Shown here: positions 1 to 9,226 of the stretch, in pieces | How the letters are laid out: the number at the start of each line of letters is the position of its first letter | Numbering within the stretch: the stretch's first letter is position 1 | Assembly (NCBI RefSeq): GCF_051201565.1 | Contig: NZ_CP179200.1 | Coordinates: 1,140,001 to 1,172,000, forward strand | Source: Pseudothioglobus sp. nBUS_23 | Lineage (GTDB): Bacteria; Pseudomonadota; Gammaproteobacteria; PS1; Pseudothioglobaceae | DNA: 32,000 nucleotides | Direction of reading: 5' to 3' | The notes under the pieces: generated by a model | Told to the model about the DNA's origin: nothing | Database searches by the model: none | The model's input: the letters and a program-made list of their open reading frames with translations, nothing else | Translations under genes and position numbers: made by a program

Positions 1-72
1 CTCTGCAATAGCAATCGACATATTTTTTGATGTCAATAATTCAGTTAATTTTTTAGCTTTTAGGTAGGACAT
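1..72 (-). CDS. 5' end of a CDS that runs off the window; the N-terminus resembles CinA-family nicotinamide-nucleotide amidohydrolase (PncC)
   Basis: A minus-strand ATG at 70-72 overlaps the pepN TGA by 1 nt (TGATG). My translation is MSYLKAKKLTELLTSKNMSIAIAE. It stops at the window edge exactly where CinA/PncC proteins carry AESCTGG. Only 24 codons are visible. Confidence 0.4.
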   Translation of the reverse strand, partial: MSYLKAKKLTELLTSKNMSIAIAE

Positions 73-2585
73 CAATGCTTCCCTGAAATTGCAGATTGAA
101 CAATTTCAAAAACGTCTTTTGAAATTTTTTCTCTATCAATGATTGATTGAATCTGGATCTCTTGTAGCTCAGAGTATCTTGGAGCAAATCGCCTCCAGTG
201 ATTAAAAATACCTGCAAACCTTGCAGCAATTTGAGGGTTCAGTTCATCCAGCTCAACAATAACCTCACTCAATAGCTCATAGCCCTCTTGGCAATGAAAT
301 TGACTAGTGTTCTGACTAAAGGATCCGATAACGGAGCGAACTCTGTTCGGGTTTTTCATCGTAAATAACTCATGCTTCATAAGACTCTTGACATCGTCAA
401 CTGAAGTCAGAGAAGATACACTTTGAGCACTGAACCACTTATCCATCACCTGGACATCTGAATGATGTTCATTATAAAAGCGCTCTATTACCTCATCTCG
501 GTATGGATTTGGATTGTTTAAAAGGGGTTGAAATGCTCCAAACTGATCTGTCATACACTCTGAGTTCATAAACTGCTTATATGCTATGTCAAATTCACCG
601 AGTCTTGTGAGATAAGCAAGGCATGTATTTTTAAGTGCACGCTCAGCGACTGAGGCTGAAGATAAATCAAAAGCCTTCTTAAAGTTTAATTTTTCATAGG
701 TATCCAAAAAGACGTCTTTAAATTTACTGCCAATTTCAAGGTGGGTATTGTTTCGTTTACTATGAACATCCTCAACATCGATTTCAGTTACATTTTGATG
801 GATGATTTGCTCTGAAGGAAGACTCATCATCTCTGACAAAAGAGCAAGGTCACTCTCTTTAGTCATAAGGTTTTCAATCATAGTAAATATTTCCATTTTA
901 GAGATAAGTTCTGGACTAAGAATATAATTAAGCCAAAGGCTTTGCACGTTATCCCATCGATTAAACGGGTCAGAGTCATTTGTTACCAAAAAAATCTTTT
1001 CCTCAGATGACAAACCGTTTTTAAACTTAATCGGAGCAGAAAAGCCTCTGAACCAAGAAGGGATTGGCTTGCTCGGCATATTTTCAAAAGAAATCGTCTT
1101 GATAAGTTCATCAATAACCACCATGCCTGATTTAATCTCAGAGCCATCTTTTGCTATTAACCCGAACTCATTAGGAATCATAAACGGAGTGTTTTGATTT
1201 TTTTGAGTGAATGTCGCGCTATAGACTTTTGTTTCTGAGTCATATTCATCTTCCACAGTGACCCCTGGGGTTCCTGCCTTAGAGTACCAGGGCATAAAAC
1301 TTTCAAAATTAGTGTTGTTGGCATCAGCCATACTTGATACGAAATCATCAATTGTGACTGCATCGCCGTCATGCCTATCAAAGTATAGTTTCATTCCTTT
1401 TTGAAAGCCATCTTCTCCAAGAATAGTATGAATCATGCGAATAACTTCAGCCCCTTTCTCGTAAACCGTTGAGGTATAAAAGTTGTCCATTGAAATATAA
1501 GATTCAGGCCTGACTGGATGAGACATAGGTCCTGAGTCCTCTGCAAACTGCCTAGTTTTAAGTTGAATGACATCTGAGATTCTTTGAATTGCCCTAGACC
1601 TTAAGTCTGAAGAAAACTCTTGATCTCTAAAGACTGTCAGGCCCTCCTTTAAGCTGAGTTGAAACCAGTCTCTACAGGTTACCCTGTTGCCAGTCCAGTT
1701 ATGAAAATACTCATGACCAATGATAGATTCAATTCTTACGAAACTTGAATCAGTTGATGTTTCTTTATTTGCCAAGACGCAATCTGAATTAAATATATTG
1801 AGCCCCTTGTTTTCCATCGCACCCATATTGAAATCATCAACCGCAACAATCATGTAAATATCTAGATCATAGCTCAGATTAAATCGCTCCTCATCCCACC
1901 TAAACGCCTTTTTTAGTGACTCCATTGCAAAAGCCGTTTTGTGCATATTGTGAGGCTCCACATAGAGCCTCAAATCTACCAGTCTTCCAGTTGCAGTTTT
2001 ATATTCATCCTGAAGATAATCAAGCTTTCCAGCAACCAATGCAAAGAGATAGCATGGCTTTGGAGCAGGGTCATGCCAGGTTGAATAATTTTTCGTTTCC
2101 TCTATTAAGTTTCCATTGCTGAGTAGAACAGGGTATTGGTCTCGATCGGCATTAATTTTGGTAGTAAAAACACTTAAAACATCAGGCCTGTCGAGATAAT
2201 AGGTGATTTGCCTAAAGCCCATAGCCTCACACTGAGTGCAGAAATTACCGCTGGACTGATAAAGCCCATTTAAGTCTGTTTTGCTCTCCGGATGAATCTT
2301 AACCTTGACCTCTAAAACAAAGTTTTCAGGAGGACTCACTAGAAAAATTCCATTATCTTTCAATACGTAGTTTGCATTCAATCCATCAATTTTGATTGAT
2401 AAAAGCTCTAGTGACTCGCCATTCAAAAATAACTCATCAACGGTCTTTGTGACGATAGGATTTTTATAAAAAATAATCCTAGAGCTGACAATTGTCTCGT
2501 GATCCCCTAGATTGAAATCGAGCTCTGTTGTTTTAATTAAATGAGAGCTTGGTTCATAGTCTTTCCTAAAGATAGGTTGCGGCAT
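72..2585 (-). CDS. pepN: Aminopeptidase N (M1 zinc metallopeptidase)
   Basis: 837-aa ORF with a GAMEN exopeptidase motif (NMGAMENKGLN) and an HEXXH-18-E zinc site (HEYFHNWTGNRVTCRDWFQLSLKEG). Length and layout match PepN. Confidence 0.95.
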   Translation of the reverse strand: MPQPIFRKDYEPSSHLIKTTELDFNLGDHETIVSSRIIFYKNPIVTKTVDELFLNGESLELLSIKIDGLNANYVLKDNGIFLVSPPENFVLEVKVKIHPESKTDLNGLYQSSGNFCTQCEAMGFRQITYYLDRPDVLSVFTTKINADRDQYPVLLSNGNLIEETKNYSTWHDPAPKPCYLFALVAGKLDYLQDEYKTATGRLVDLRLYVEPHNMHKTAFAMESLKKAFRWDEERFNLSYDLDIYMIVAVDDFNMGAMENKGLNIFNSDCVLANKETSTDSSFVRIESIIGHEYFHNWTGNRVTCRDWFQLSLKEGLTVFRDQEFSSDLRSRAIQRISDVIQLKTRQFAEDSGPMSHPVRPESYISMDNFYTSTVYEKGAEVIRMIHTILGEDGFQKGMKLYFDRHDGDAVTIDDFVSSMADANNTNFESFMPWYSKAGTPGVTVEDEYDSETKVYSATFTQKNQNTPFMIPNEFGLIAKDGSEIKSGMVVIDELIKTISFENMPSKPIPSWFRGFSAPIKFKNGLSSEEKIFLVTNDSDPFNRWDNVQSLWLNYILSPELISKMEIFTMIENLMTKESDLALLSEMMSLPSEQIIHQNVTEIDVEDVHSKRNNTHLEIGSKFKDVFLDTYEKLNFKKAFDLSSASVAERALKNTCLAYLTRLGEFDIAYKQFMNSECMTDQFGAFQPLLNNPNPYRDEVIERFYNEHHSDVQVMDKWFSAQSVSSLTSVDDVKSLMKHELFTMKNPNRVRSVIGSFSQNTSQFHCQEGYELLSEVIVELDELNPQIAARFAGIFNHWRRFAPRYSELQEIQIQSIIDREKISKDVFEIVQSAISGKH

Positions 2586-3379
2586 TAAATTAGAAATAGT
2601 AGTGCTCCAAGAAAAATTCTATATACAACAAACGGAAGAAAGCCAATTCTCTCGACCAGTTTTATAAAAAATACAATTGTAAAATAAGATGTTAGAAATG
2701 CAATAGCAAAACCTAGCAATAAGAATAACCAGTTAACCTGTTGGGGCTCATTAGTCAACTCGAATAGTTTCATTATGGTAGCCAAAGTTATGACCGGTAT
2801 TGAGAGCAGAAATGCAAATTTAATGGATAGTTTTCTAGATAGTCCAATCAAGAGTGCCGCAGTAATTGTAATGCCCGCTCGGGAAGTTCCAGGAATCAAT
2901 GCTAAGGCTTGAAAGCACCCAATAATCAGAATATCGCTCCCCCGAATCAACTCACGATTAATGTCTCTGGCTCTGTGGACTATATCTGACAAACCTAGCA
3001 GAATCCCAAATAAAATTGTTGCGTAGGCTACAACATGAAAGCTCCTGAGATTGATTTCAACAAAGTCATTAAAAAAGAGGCCTGCCAAACCAACTGGAAT
3101 TGTTCCCAATAAAACGCCCCAAGCTAGAAATGAATCGCCTTGCATTTTTCTGGTCGAGACAGATGAAAAGAAATCTTGAGAGAGTAAAACAATCGAGTCT
3201 TTGTAATAGATTATCACTGCACAGAGGGAAGCAAAATGAAGAACAACATCAAAAGCAAGTCCTTGGTCAGGCCAATCAAAAAACTGCGGAAAAATAACCA
3301 GATGTGCTGATGAGGATACAGGCAAGAATTCCGTCAAACCTTGAATAAAAGCTAAGATGACTGCTTGAAAAATATCCAT
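2585..3379 (-). CDS. uppP: Undecaprenyl-diphosphate phosphatase
   Basis: 264-aa polytopic membrane ORF with the GLTEFLPVSSSAHL and PGTSRAG motifs typical of UppP/BacA. Its stop overlaps the pepN ATG by 1 nt (TAATG). Confidence 0.92.
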   Translation of the reverse strand: MDIFQAVILAFIQGLTEFLPVSSSAHLVIFPQFFDWPDQGLAFDVVLHFASLCAVIIYYKDSIVLLSQDFFSSVSTRKMQGDSFLAWGVLLGTIPVGLAGLFFNDFVEINLRSFHVVAYATILFGILLGLSDIVHRARDINRELIRGSDILIIGCFQALALIPGTSRAGITITAALLIGLSRKLSIKFAFLLSIPVITLATIMKLFELTNEPQQVNWLFLLLGFAIAFLTSYFTIVFFIKLVERIGFLPFVVYRIFLGALLFLI

Positions 3380-3388
3380 AAATTAATG

Positions 3389-4480
3389 CTAAAGCCTATT
3401 CGTTAAATCTAGCTCTTTAAAACCATCCAATTTTACTGATTGTTTCTTGGTTAAAGCCATGACTTTGAAGACCTCACCCATAGTCCCTGGCAAGACTAAC
3501 TGCTTAATTTCTTGAGCAATTTTGACTCTTTTTTCTTCATTCTCTTCTTTATTTAGATATTTCTCTATACCCAATGAAATTAAAAACATTGACTGTGTGG
3601 TATAACCGGAAACTTCAAAACCACAATCCTCAGCACTTTGAGCGACATGACTAAAATTAATTGATGCAGTGATGTCTTGTTTCCCGATATTAATAAATGG
3701 ATCATCATTTGATTTATGATTAGAAAAGCACTTGAGAGTCCCCTGACTTCTCTGTGGATGAAAATACTCAGATTCTGTCATGCCATAATCAATTAAGAAA
3801 ACGACTCCATCATCCAGGAAATCATAGAGCGATTTAACCCAAGCATTTGCCTGTAGGTTTATTTCCGTCGTATAGCCTTCATGAAGATTCATAGAGGATG
3901 GAACGTTTGAATCCATAAAGGGTTTATTAAATCTCTCCCAATCAAACTTTCCCTCTTTAAAACCAACGCCCAATTCATAGAAGTTATCTTTTATGAGGCT
4001 GATACGCTTTACTGGAAAGGCATCTAGTACTTCATTTGCAATCACAACGCCTTTAAATCTTTTTGGAAGTTCGGTAAGCCACTCAACACGACCAAGAAGC
4101 TCAGGTAAGATTTTTTTGATTGTTTCCTTTTGGTTCTGCCTAAGCTGAGCACTCAGTTCAATAATAAAATATCTTTTTGGAAGAGACTTCAATCTTCCTA
4201 GCTCAAATAGTATCTGCGCTGCAAGAATGCCAGTCCCAGCGCCAAATTCTAGTATGTCTCTTCCATGAAGGACTTGCTTGCATTGCTTTGCGAGACTAAA
4301 GCCAAAAAGGTCTGAGACCTCTGGGGAGGTAATAAAGTCTCCTTTATGCCCAAAGATTGTTTTATTGGAACGATAGTAACCAAACTCTGGATGGTATAAA
4401 GCTAGGTTCATAAAGACATCAAATCCTATTGGATTGTTATTGTCCTTAATGCTTTTAGATATAATATTATTAAGACTCAT
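3389..4480 (-). CDS. SAM-dependent methyltransferase, MidA/DUF185 (NDUFAF7-like) family
   Basis: 363-aa ORF with the SAM-binding glycine motif ILEFGAGTGILAAQ. The N-terminal FMNLALYHPEFGYY segment is typical of the DUF185 family. It lies 9 bp upstream of uppP on the same strand. Confidence 0.72.
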   Translation of the reverse strand: MSLNNIISKSIKDNNNPIGFDVFMNLALYHPEFGYYRSNKTIFGHKGDFITSPEVSDLFGFSLAKQCKQVLHGRDILEFGAGTGILAAQILFELGRLKSLPKRYFIIELSAQLRQNQKETIKKILPELLGRVEWLTELPKRFKGVVIANEVLDAFPVKRISLIKDNFYELGVGFKEGKFDWERFNKPFMDSNVPSSMNLHEGYTTEINLQANAWVKSLYDFLDDGVVFLIDYGMTESEYFHPQRSQGTLKCFSNHKSNDDPFINIGKQDITASINFSHVAQSAEDCGFEVSGYTTQSMFLISLGIEKYLNKEENEEKRVKIAQEIKQLVLPGTMGEVFKVMALTKKQSVKLDGFKELDLTNRL

Positions 4481-4566
4481 AAGTAAAAAATATTTTATAC
4501 TGAGAGCACCTTACATTCTTCATAAAACCAAAAATACATTAAATTTAATTACCACAAAGAATAAAG

Positions 4567-5286
4567 ATGAAAACAGCATTAATTACAGGTGGTGCGGCTC
4601 GCATTGGAGCACAAATTGCCAAGACACTACACGACAATAACTTTAAGATTATTATTCATTGCAATCATTCAAAAGAAAAAGCTAAATATTTGTGTGATAG
4701 CCTTAACTCAATAAGGAAAGATACAGCAGAGGTCATTTCAGGGGACCTTAGCCACATTGAAAATATCACTTCAATTGTCAAGTCTATTGATTCATTAGAT
4801 TTACTGGTCAATAACGCGTCTGTTTTTTATCCAAAGTCAGTCGAGAGTAGTGATATTGATGATTGGAATGATGTCATTAATGTTAACCTAAGGGCTCCAT
4901 TTTTCCTATCTAAGGGACTAAGTAAAAAACTATCGAATATCAACGGCTCCATCATAAACATTATCGATATTCATGCGGACAGGCCATTGAAGAATCACGC
5001 TGTTTATAATATCTCAAAAGCTGGTTTAAAAATGATGACCCAAACCCTAGCTAAAGAACTTGCACCTAGCATTCGAGTCAACGGGGTTTCTCCAGGATCG
5101 ATTCTTTGGCCTGAAGCTAGCGCTGAGATTTCGGATTCAGAAAAAAAACTGATGCTCGAGAGGATTGCTCTTAATAGACAAGGGTCACCGCAAGATATTG
5201 CGGATACAGTTCTATTTTTAGCTAAGTCGGACTATATTACGGGTCAAATTATTAATATCGATGGCGGAAGAACGCTCAATCAGTAA
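4567..5286 (+). CDS. Short-chain dehydrogenase/reductase of the pteridine reductase / dihydromonapterin reductase (FolM-like) branch
   Basis: 239-aa ORF with an ITGGAARIG cofactor motif (the TGGxxRIG form seen in PTR1/FolM), the catalytic Y-x3-K (YNISK) and a C-terminal IDGGR. The exact substrate is inferred. Confidence 0.7.
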   Translation: MKTALITGGAARIGAQIAKTLHDNNFKIIIHCNHSKEKAKYLCDSLNSIRKDTAEVISGDLSHIENITSIVKSIDSLDLLVNNASVFYPKSVESSDIDDWNDVINVNLRAPFFLSKGLSKKLSNINGSIINIIDIHADRPLKNHAVYNISKAGLKMMTQTLAKELAPSIRVNGVSPGSILWPEASAEISDSEKKLMLERIALNRQGSPQDIADTVLFLAKSDYITGQIINIDGGRTLNQ

Positions 5287-5294
5287 GAAAAATC

Positions 5295-5358
5295 TGTAGG
5301 TCAATTTGTGGTATAATAAATTGTCGAACATTTTTTTTCGACCTACAAGAATTTTTTT
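5295..5358 (+). terminator. Hairpin plus T-run downstream of the FolM-like gene (candidate intrinsic terminator)
   Basis: TGTAGGTC (5295-5302) is the exact complement of GACCTACA (5340-5347). A nested 6-bp hairpin is formed by GTCGAA (5323-5328) and TTCGAC (5337-5342). T7 follows at 5352-5358. The T-run is not immediately adjacent to the stem. Confidence 0.3.
5309..5317 (+). promoter_or_regulatory. Extended -10 element (TGgTATAAT), candidate rne promoter
   Basis: Perfect TATAAT at 5312-5317 preceded by TGg. There is no good -35. It would give a leader of about 220 nt before the rne ATG at 5544. Confidence 0.3.
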
Positions 5359-5543
5359 ACAATTATTTCAAAATACAAATAATAGAAATATTGTAACGAA
5401 CTATTTTTTATGGGCTTATTGATGCCGCATATAACTTATTTAGAAATTGATGAATCTTCAAAATCAAAACTTTATACCTATTCAATGCTTAAGTATTGAA
5501 GCTATGCATGTGCTCAATAGTCCAGATATAACAGGACTTTATA

Positions 5544-7775
5544 ATGAATCACATTCTCATAAACGCTACCCACAAGGAAGAGATCCGGGTGGCAATTGTC
5601 AAGAACCAGAAGTTAACTAATCTTGACATAGAAACTAGCCTTAATCGTAAAACAAAAGGCAATATCTACAAAGCTAAAATTTCTCGAGTTGAGCAATCAC
5701 TTGAAGCGGCTTTTGTCGACTATGGAAAAGAAAAACACGGCTTTCTTCCCTTTAAAGAGGTTTCACCTTTTTTTGCTGAAGGCGTCAATCCTAAAGGTGA
5801 CAAATTAACAATTAGTGATGTCCTTAAAGAAGGACAAGACATCATAATTCAAGTTGAAAAGGAAGAGCGAGGAAACAAAGGTGCAGCTCTTAGTACTTAT
5901 ATTAACCTTGCAGGCGCATACATGATTTTGACGCCTAATAATCCAAAAAGCTCTGGTATCTCCAGACAGATCAGCGCTTCAGATCGTCAGGATTTAAAAA
6001 AGGAACTTCCTAAACTTGATGTTCCTAAGCACTCAGGACTCATTATTCGCACCGAAGGTGCAGGTAGAGGGGCAAGTGAACTTCAGTGGGAGGTTGACCA
6101 CTTGACACAACTTTGGAAGTCTATCAAAACAGCAACAAAGAAACAGGATGCTCCCTTTTTAATTTACCAAGAGAGTGACATCACTGTCAGAGCTCTTAGG
6201 GACTTCCTGAGAGAGGATACTGATAGCGTTATTATTGATGATTTAGAGACTTACCAAAAAGCGAGAGATTTTATTAATTTTGTGATGCCGCACTACCTTG
6301 ATAAGATTAAGTTTTTTGATGTCACTGATCACTCACTTTTTGCTCATATGAGTGTTGAATCTCAAGTCAAAAATGTTTTTAACAGAGAAGTAGCTTTGAA
6401 GTCAGGCGCAACAATCGTTTTTGATGCTACAGAAGCACTCACAGCAATTGATATTAACTCAGCAAGGGCAACCAGAGGAACAAGCATCGAAGATACTGCT
6501 TATAAAGCCAACTTGGATGCTGCTGAAGAGATTGCTATACAGTTACAGCTTCGAGATATTGGAGGCCTTGTGGTTATTGATTTCATTGATATGGCATCTG
6601 AAGCCAACAGAACTTCAATTGAAAAGCTAATGGAAAAAGCAACCGCCAATGATAGAGCGCGAGTTCAGATTGGATCAATCTCAAGGTTTGGTTTATTGGA
6701 ATTATCTAGGCAAAGACTTATGAACTCTGTACTTGAGTCGACAGGTAAAACCTGCTCTGTGTGCAATGGAAGTGGAACTAATCCAACCATACCTTCGCTA
6801 TCATTAAGAATTTTAAGGCAACTAGAAGACAGCCTCAACTCTAATAAGGGCAGTGGAGATATCACCATACAATCAAGTGTTGAAGTTATCACCTATCTAT
6901 TAAATGAAAAGAGACAAAACATAACAGAAATGGAGGCTAAGCATGAAATCAAAATTACGCTCCTTCCAAACCAATACATGCATTTTCCTCACTTCACAGT
7001 GAATAAACAGAAAGGTAATAAAAGCACGCATCATAAAAGCTTTCAGGCAATCTCTAAACCTCAGGAAAACCCGAATGTAATAAACTATATTGATAAGCCT
7101 GATATTCCAGCAATCTCTACTAATCAGCCGTCAACGAAGATGCCTGAAAAGAAAGTCTCATTTATGAGTAAATTAGCTGAAATTTTTTCATCTGAAAAGA
7201 AAACAGTTCAGAAACCAAAAAATGCTAGACCTCAGAATCGAAATAGAAATAGAAACCAGAATAGGAACCAGAATAGGAACCAGAATAGGAACCAGAATAG
7301 GAATACTCAGGAAAATTCTAAGAGTGCCAACAACTCAGATTCAGGAGCTGACAAGCCTAAAAGTGATAACCAAAGAAACAATAATAATCAAAACAGAAAT
7401 AGAAATAGAAATAGAAATAGAATCAAGAATCAAAAAAATAATGCTGAACTAAATACAAAAACTTCAGAGAACAAGGCTACTAAGCCTGCTGATACTGCAG
7501 CAACTAAGGCTGTTGATACTGCGGCAACCAAGGCTGTTGATACTGCGGCAACCAAGGCTGTTGATACTGCAGCAACTAAGGCTGTTGATACTGCTGTAAA
7601 AAGTAGTGCTGAGAAAAACCAAAACAAAGATACAAAAAGTGTCAAACCTTCTCGTAAGCCTGTCAAAAAAGCATTGAAGAAAGAAAGCTCAACCTCTAAA
7701 GAAAATATTAAAATTAATGCTGTAGAAAAAGTAGCTTCAAAACAAGTTATTGATTCTGATGAAAAGGCTTCTTAA
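5544..7775 (+). CDS. rne: Ribonuclease E
   Basis: 743-aa ORF. The N-terminal half is an RNase E/G catalytic domain: MNHILINATHKEEIRVAIV, an S1-like segment, DINSA and the Zn-link CSVCNGSG. A long low-complexity Asn/Arg/Lys-rich C-terminal half follows, which argues for RNase E rather than RNase G. Confidence 0.9.
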   Translation: MNHILINATHKEEIRVAIVKNQKLTNLDIETSLNRKTKGNIYKAKISRVEQSLEAAFVDYGKEKHGFLPFKEVSPFFAEGVNPKGDKLTISDVLKEGQDIIIQVEKEERGNKGAALSTYINLAGAYMILTPNNPKSSGISRQISASDRQDLKKELPKLDVPKHSGLIIRTEGAGRGASELQWEVDHLTQLWKSIKTATKKQDAPFLIYQESDITVRALRDFLREDTDSVIIDDLETYQKARDFINFVMPHYLDKIKFFDVTDHSLFAHMSVESQVKNVFNREVALKSGATIVFDATEALTAIDINSARATRGTSIEDTAYKANLDAAEEIAIQLQLRDIGGLVVIDFIDMASEANRTSIEKLMEKATANDRARVQIGSISRFGLLELSRQRLMNSVLESTGKTCSVCNGSGTNPTIPSLSLRILRQLEDSLNSNKGSGDITIQSSVEVITYLLNEKRQNITEMEAKHEIKITLLPNQYMHFPHFTVNKQKGNKSTHHKSFQAISKPQENPNVINYIDKPDIPAISTNQPSTKMPEKKVSFMSKLAEIFSSEKKTVQKPKNARPQNRNRNRNQNRNQNRNQNRNQNRNTQENSKSANNSDSGADKPKSDNQRNNNNQNRNRNRNRNRIKNQKNNAELNTKTSENKATKPADTAATKAVDTAATKAVDTAATKAVDTAATKAVDTAVKSSAEKNQNKDTKSVKPSRKPVKKALKKESSTSKENIKINAVEKVASKQVIDSDEKAS
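7233..7301 (+). repeat. In-frame microsatellite encoding (N-R/N-Q)n; the core is 4 perfect copies of the 12-bp unit AACCAGAATAGG (7254-7301)
   Basis: Read directly from the sequence. It encodes QNRNRNRNQNRNQNRNQNRNQNR inside rne. A second AGAAAT hexamer run at 7395-7421 encodes RNRNRNRNR. Confidence 0.9.
7488..7598 (+). repeat. About 4.6 copies of a 24-bp in-frame tandem repeat (GCTGTTGATACTGCRGCAACYAAG) encoding A-V-D-T-A-A-T-K
   Basis: Read directly from the sequence. The outer units use GCA/ACT and the two inner units use GCG/ACC. It lies in the rne C-terminal region. Confidence 0.9.
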
Positions 7776-7781
7776 GATTAT

Positions 7782-8594
7782 ATGAAAAGATTTGCAGTAC
7801 TTGGCAACCCCATTAGCCATAGCTTATCACCTGTAATTCATAATGCGTTTTCAAGAAAGTGTAATATTGAGTTGTCTTATGAAAAAATACTCTCTCCCAT
7901 TGATGAGTTTGAATTTACTGCAAGTAAATTTATAGGTGATGGCGGTGTAGGGTTTAACGTCACTGTTCCTTTCAAAATTGAAGCATTTAATTTCTCTGAA
8001 GAGCTCACCTCTAATGCTATTGCGGCAGGAGCTGTCAATACCATCAAAATAAAAAATAATGTGGTAATTGGTGATAATACAGATGGTTACGGTTTGGTGA
8101 ATGACCTTGTAAAAAATTTAGGTGAAACCATAAGAGGAAAAGAAATTTTGATAATTGGTGCTGGAGGAGCAACTCAAGGCATACTCAAACCCCTTCTTGA
8201 TCAAAGCCCTGAAAAAATTCTACTGGCAAATCGAACCTCTGAAAAATCAATTAAACTGGCTAGTGAATTTTTAAAATATGGTAAGGTTTGTGGATTTGGT
8301 ATACACCAAATTAAGTCAAAACCTGTCGATATAGTCATTAATGCTACTAGTGCATCAATTGATGGCGCTATGCTAGATTTACCAGCTGGGCTTTGCGATG
8401 GTGCTTTGTGCTATGATTTGATGTACGGAATGCACACACCATTTATGAAGTGGGGTCTCGAAAACTCAGCACGAGAAGTTAGTGATGGCTTAGGAATGCT
8501 TGTGGAGCAGGCTGCACTTTCTTTTAATTTTTGGCATGGAATTAGTCCGAAAACTGATTCTGTACTTAGTTTAATCAGGGAGACAAACGGCTAA
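7782..8594 (+). CDS. aroE: Shikimate dehydrogenase
   Basis: 270-aa ORF with the [21 protein letters not shown] and IGAGGA motifs. It starts 6 bp after the rne stop. Confidence 0.9.
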   Translation: MKRFAVLGNPISHSLSPVIHNAFSRKCNIELSYEKILSPIDEFEFTASKFIGDGGVGFNVTVPFKIEAFNFSEELTSNAIAAGAVNTIKIKNNVVIGDNTDGYGLVNDLVKNLGETIRGKEILIIGAGGATQGILKPLLDQSPEKILLANRTSEKSIKLASEFLKYGKVCGFGIHQIKSKPVDIVINATSASIDGAMLDLPAGLCDGALCYDLMYGMHTPFMKWGLENSAREVSDGLGMLVEQAALSFNFWHGISPKTDSVLSLIRETNG

Positions 8595-9216
8595 TAGACC
8601 AATTACCAGAGCTTAATTCATAAATAAAGCGATCATGAAGTCTATTTTCTCGACCTTGCCAAAACTCAATACTATGGGGCACAACCCTGTACCCACCCCA
8701 AAAGTCTGGAAGCGGAATCTCACCATCAGAGAACTTTTTTTTCATTGCAGCAAATTGTTCAGACAACACAGACCTAGAAGAGATTCTTGATGACTGTTGA
8801 GATGCCCACGCGCCCAGTTGTGATTCCTTGGGTCTTGATGAAAAATATTTGAAAGACTCAATCTTTGTAATTTTCTCTACCGAGCCAATAATTTTGACCT
8901 GTCTCTCAAGCGCTAGCCATGGAAAAAGAATTGCTGCCTGAGGATTATTTTGTATTTGTTGAGATTTTTTTGATTCATAATTGGTAAAAAATACAAAACC
9001 TTTTTCATCAAAATATTTAAGCAAAACTGTTCTTATTCCAATAGAGTCATCAGAAGTTGCAAGGCTCATTGCTGATGGCTCTATGATATTAGCCTCCATG
9101 GCCTGTGAGAACCATAATGAGAACTGTTCGATAGGACTATCCTTTAAATCCTCTCTTACAATTCCACTCTGGAGATACTCTTTTCTTAAGTTGCTGAGGT
9201 CGCCTGTTTTTGACAT
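8575..9216 (-). CDS. pdxH: Pyridoxamine/pyridoxine 5'-phosphate oxidase
   Basis: 213-aa ORF with the C-terminal signature [15 protein letters not shown] and overall PdxH length. Its 3' end overlaps the aroE 3' end by 20 bp. Confidence 0.9.
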   Translation of the reverse strand: MSKTGDLSNLRKEYLQSGIVREDLKDSPIEQFSLWFSQAMEANIIEPSAMSLATSDDSIGIRTVLLKYFDEKGFVFFTNYESKKSQQIQNNPQAAILFPWLALERQVKIIGSVEKITKIESFKYFSSRPKESQLGAWASQQSSRISSRSVLSEQFAAMKKKFSDGEIPLPDFWGGYRVVPHSIEFWQGRENRLHDRFIYELSSGNWSISRLSP

Positions 9217-9226
9217 ATTACTTCCT

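Noticed and set aside
1178-2122. Track ORFs 1178-1381 (-) and 1916-2122 (+) inside pepN. Similar 60-100-aa ORFs are embedded in or antisense to uppP, the UbiH-like gene, msrAB, pyrF, the SGNH gene, serA, serC, serB, aroC, SulP and uvrB.
   Set aside because: All lie entirely within long ORFs that have strong family signatures. Their translations are low-complexity or Leu/Ser/Ile-rich with no motifs. In AT-rich DNA such off-frame ORFs are expected by chance.
7488-7598. Possible CRISPR-like array because of the regular 24-bp repeats.
   Set aside because: The repeats are directly abutting with no spacers. They are in-frame inside rne and encode a sensible peptide repeat. There are no cas genes.
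7222-7666. ORFs 7222-7452 (+) and 7430-7666 (-), with repetitive translations (RIGTRIGTRIG and ALVAAVSTALVAAVST).
   Set aside because: These are alternative-frame and antisense read-throughs of the rne tandem repeats. The periodic DNA keeps every frame open. The rne frame is the one continuous with the catalytic domain.
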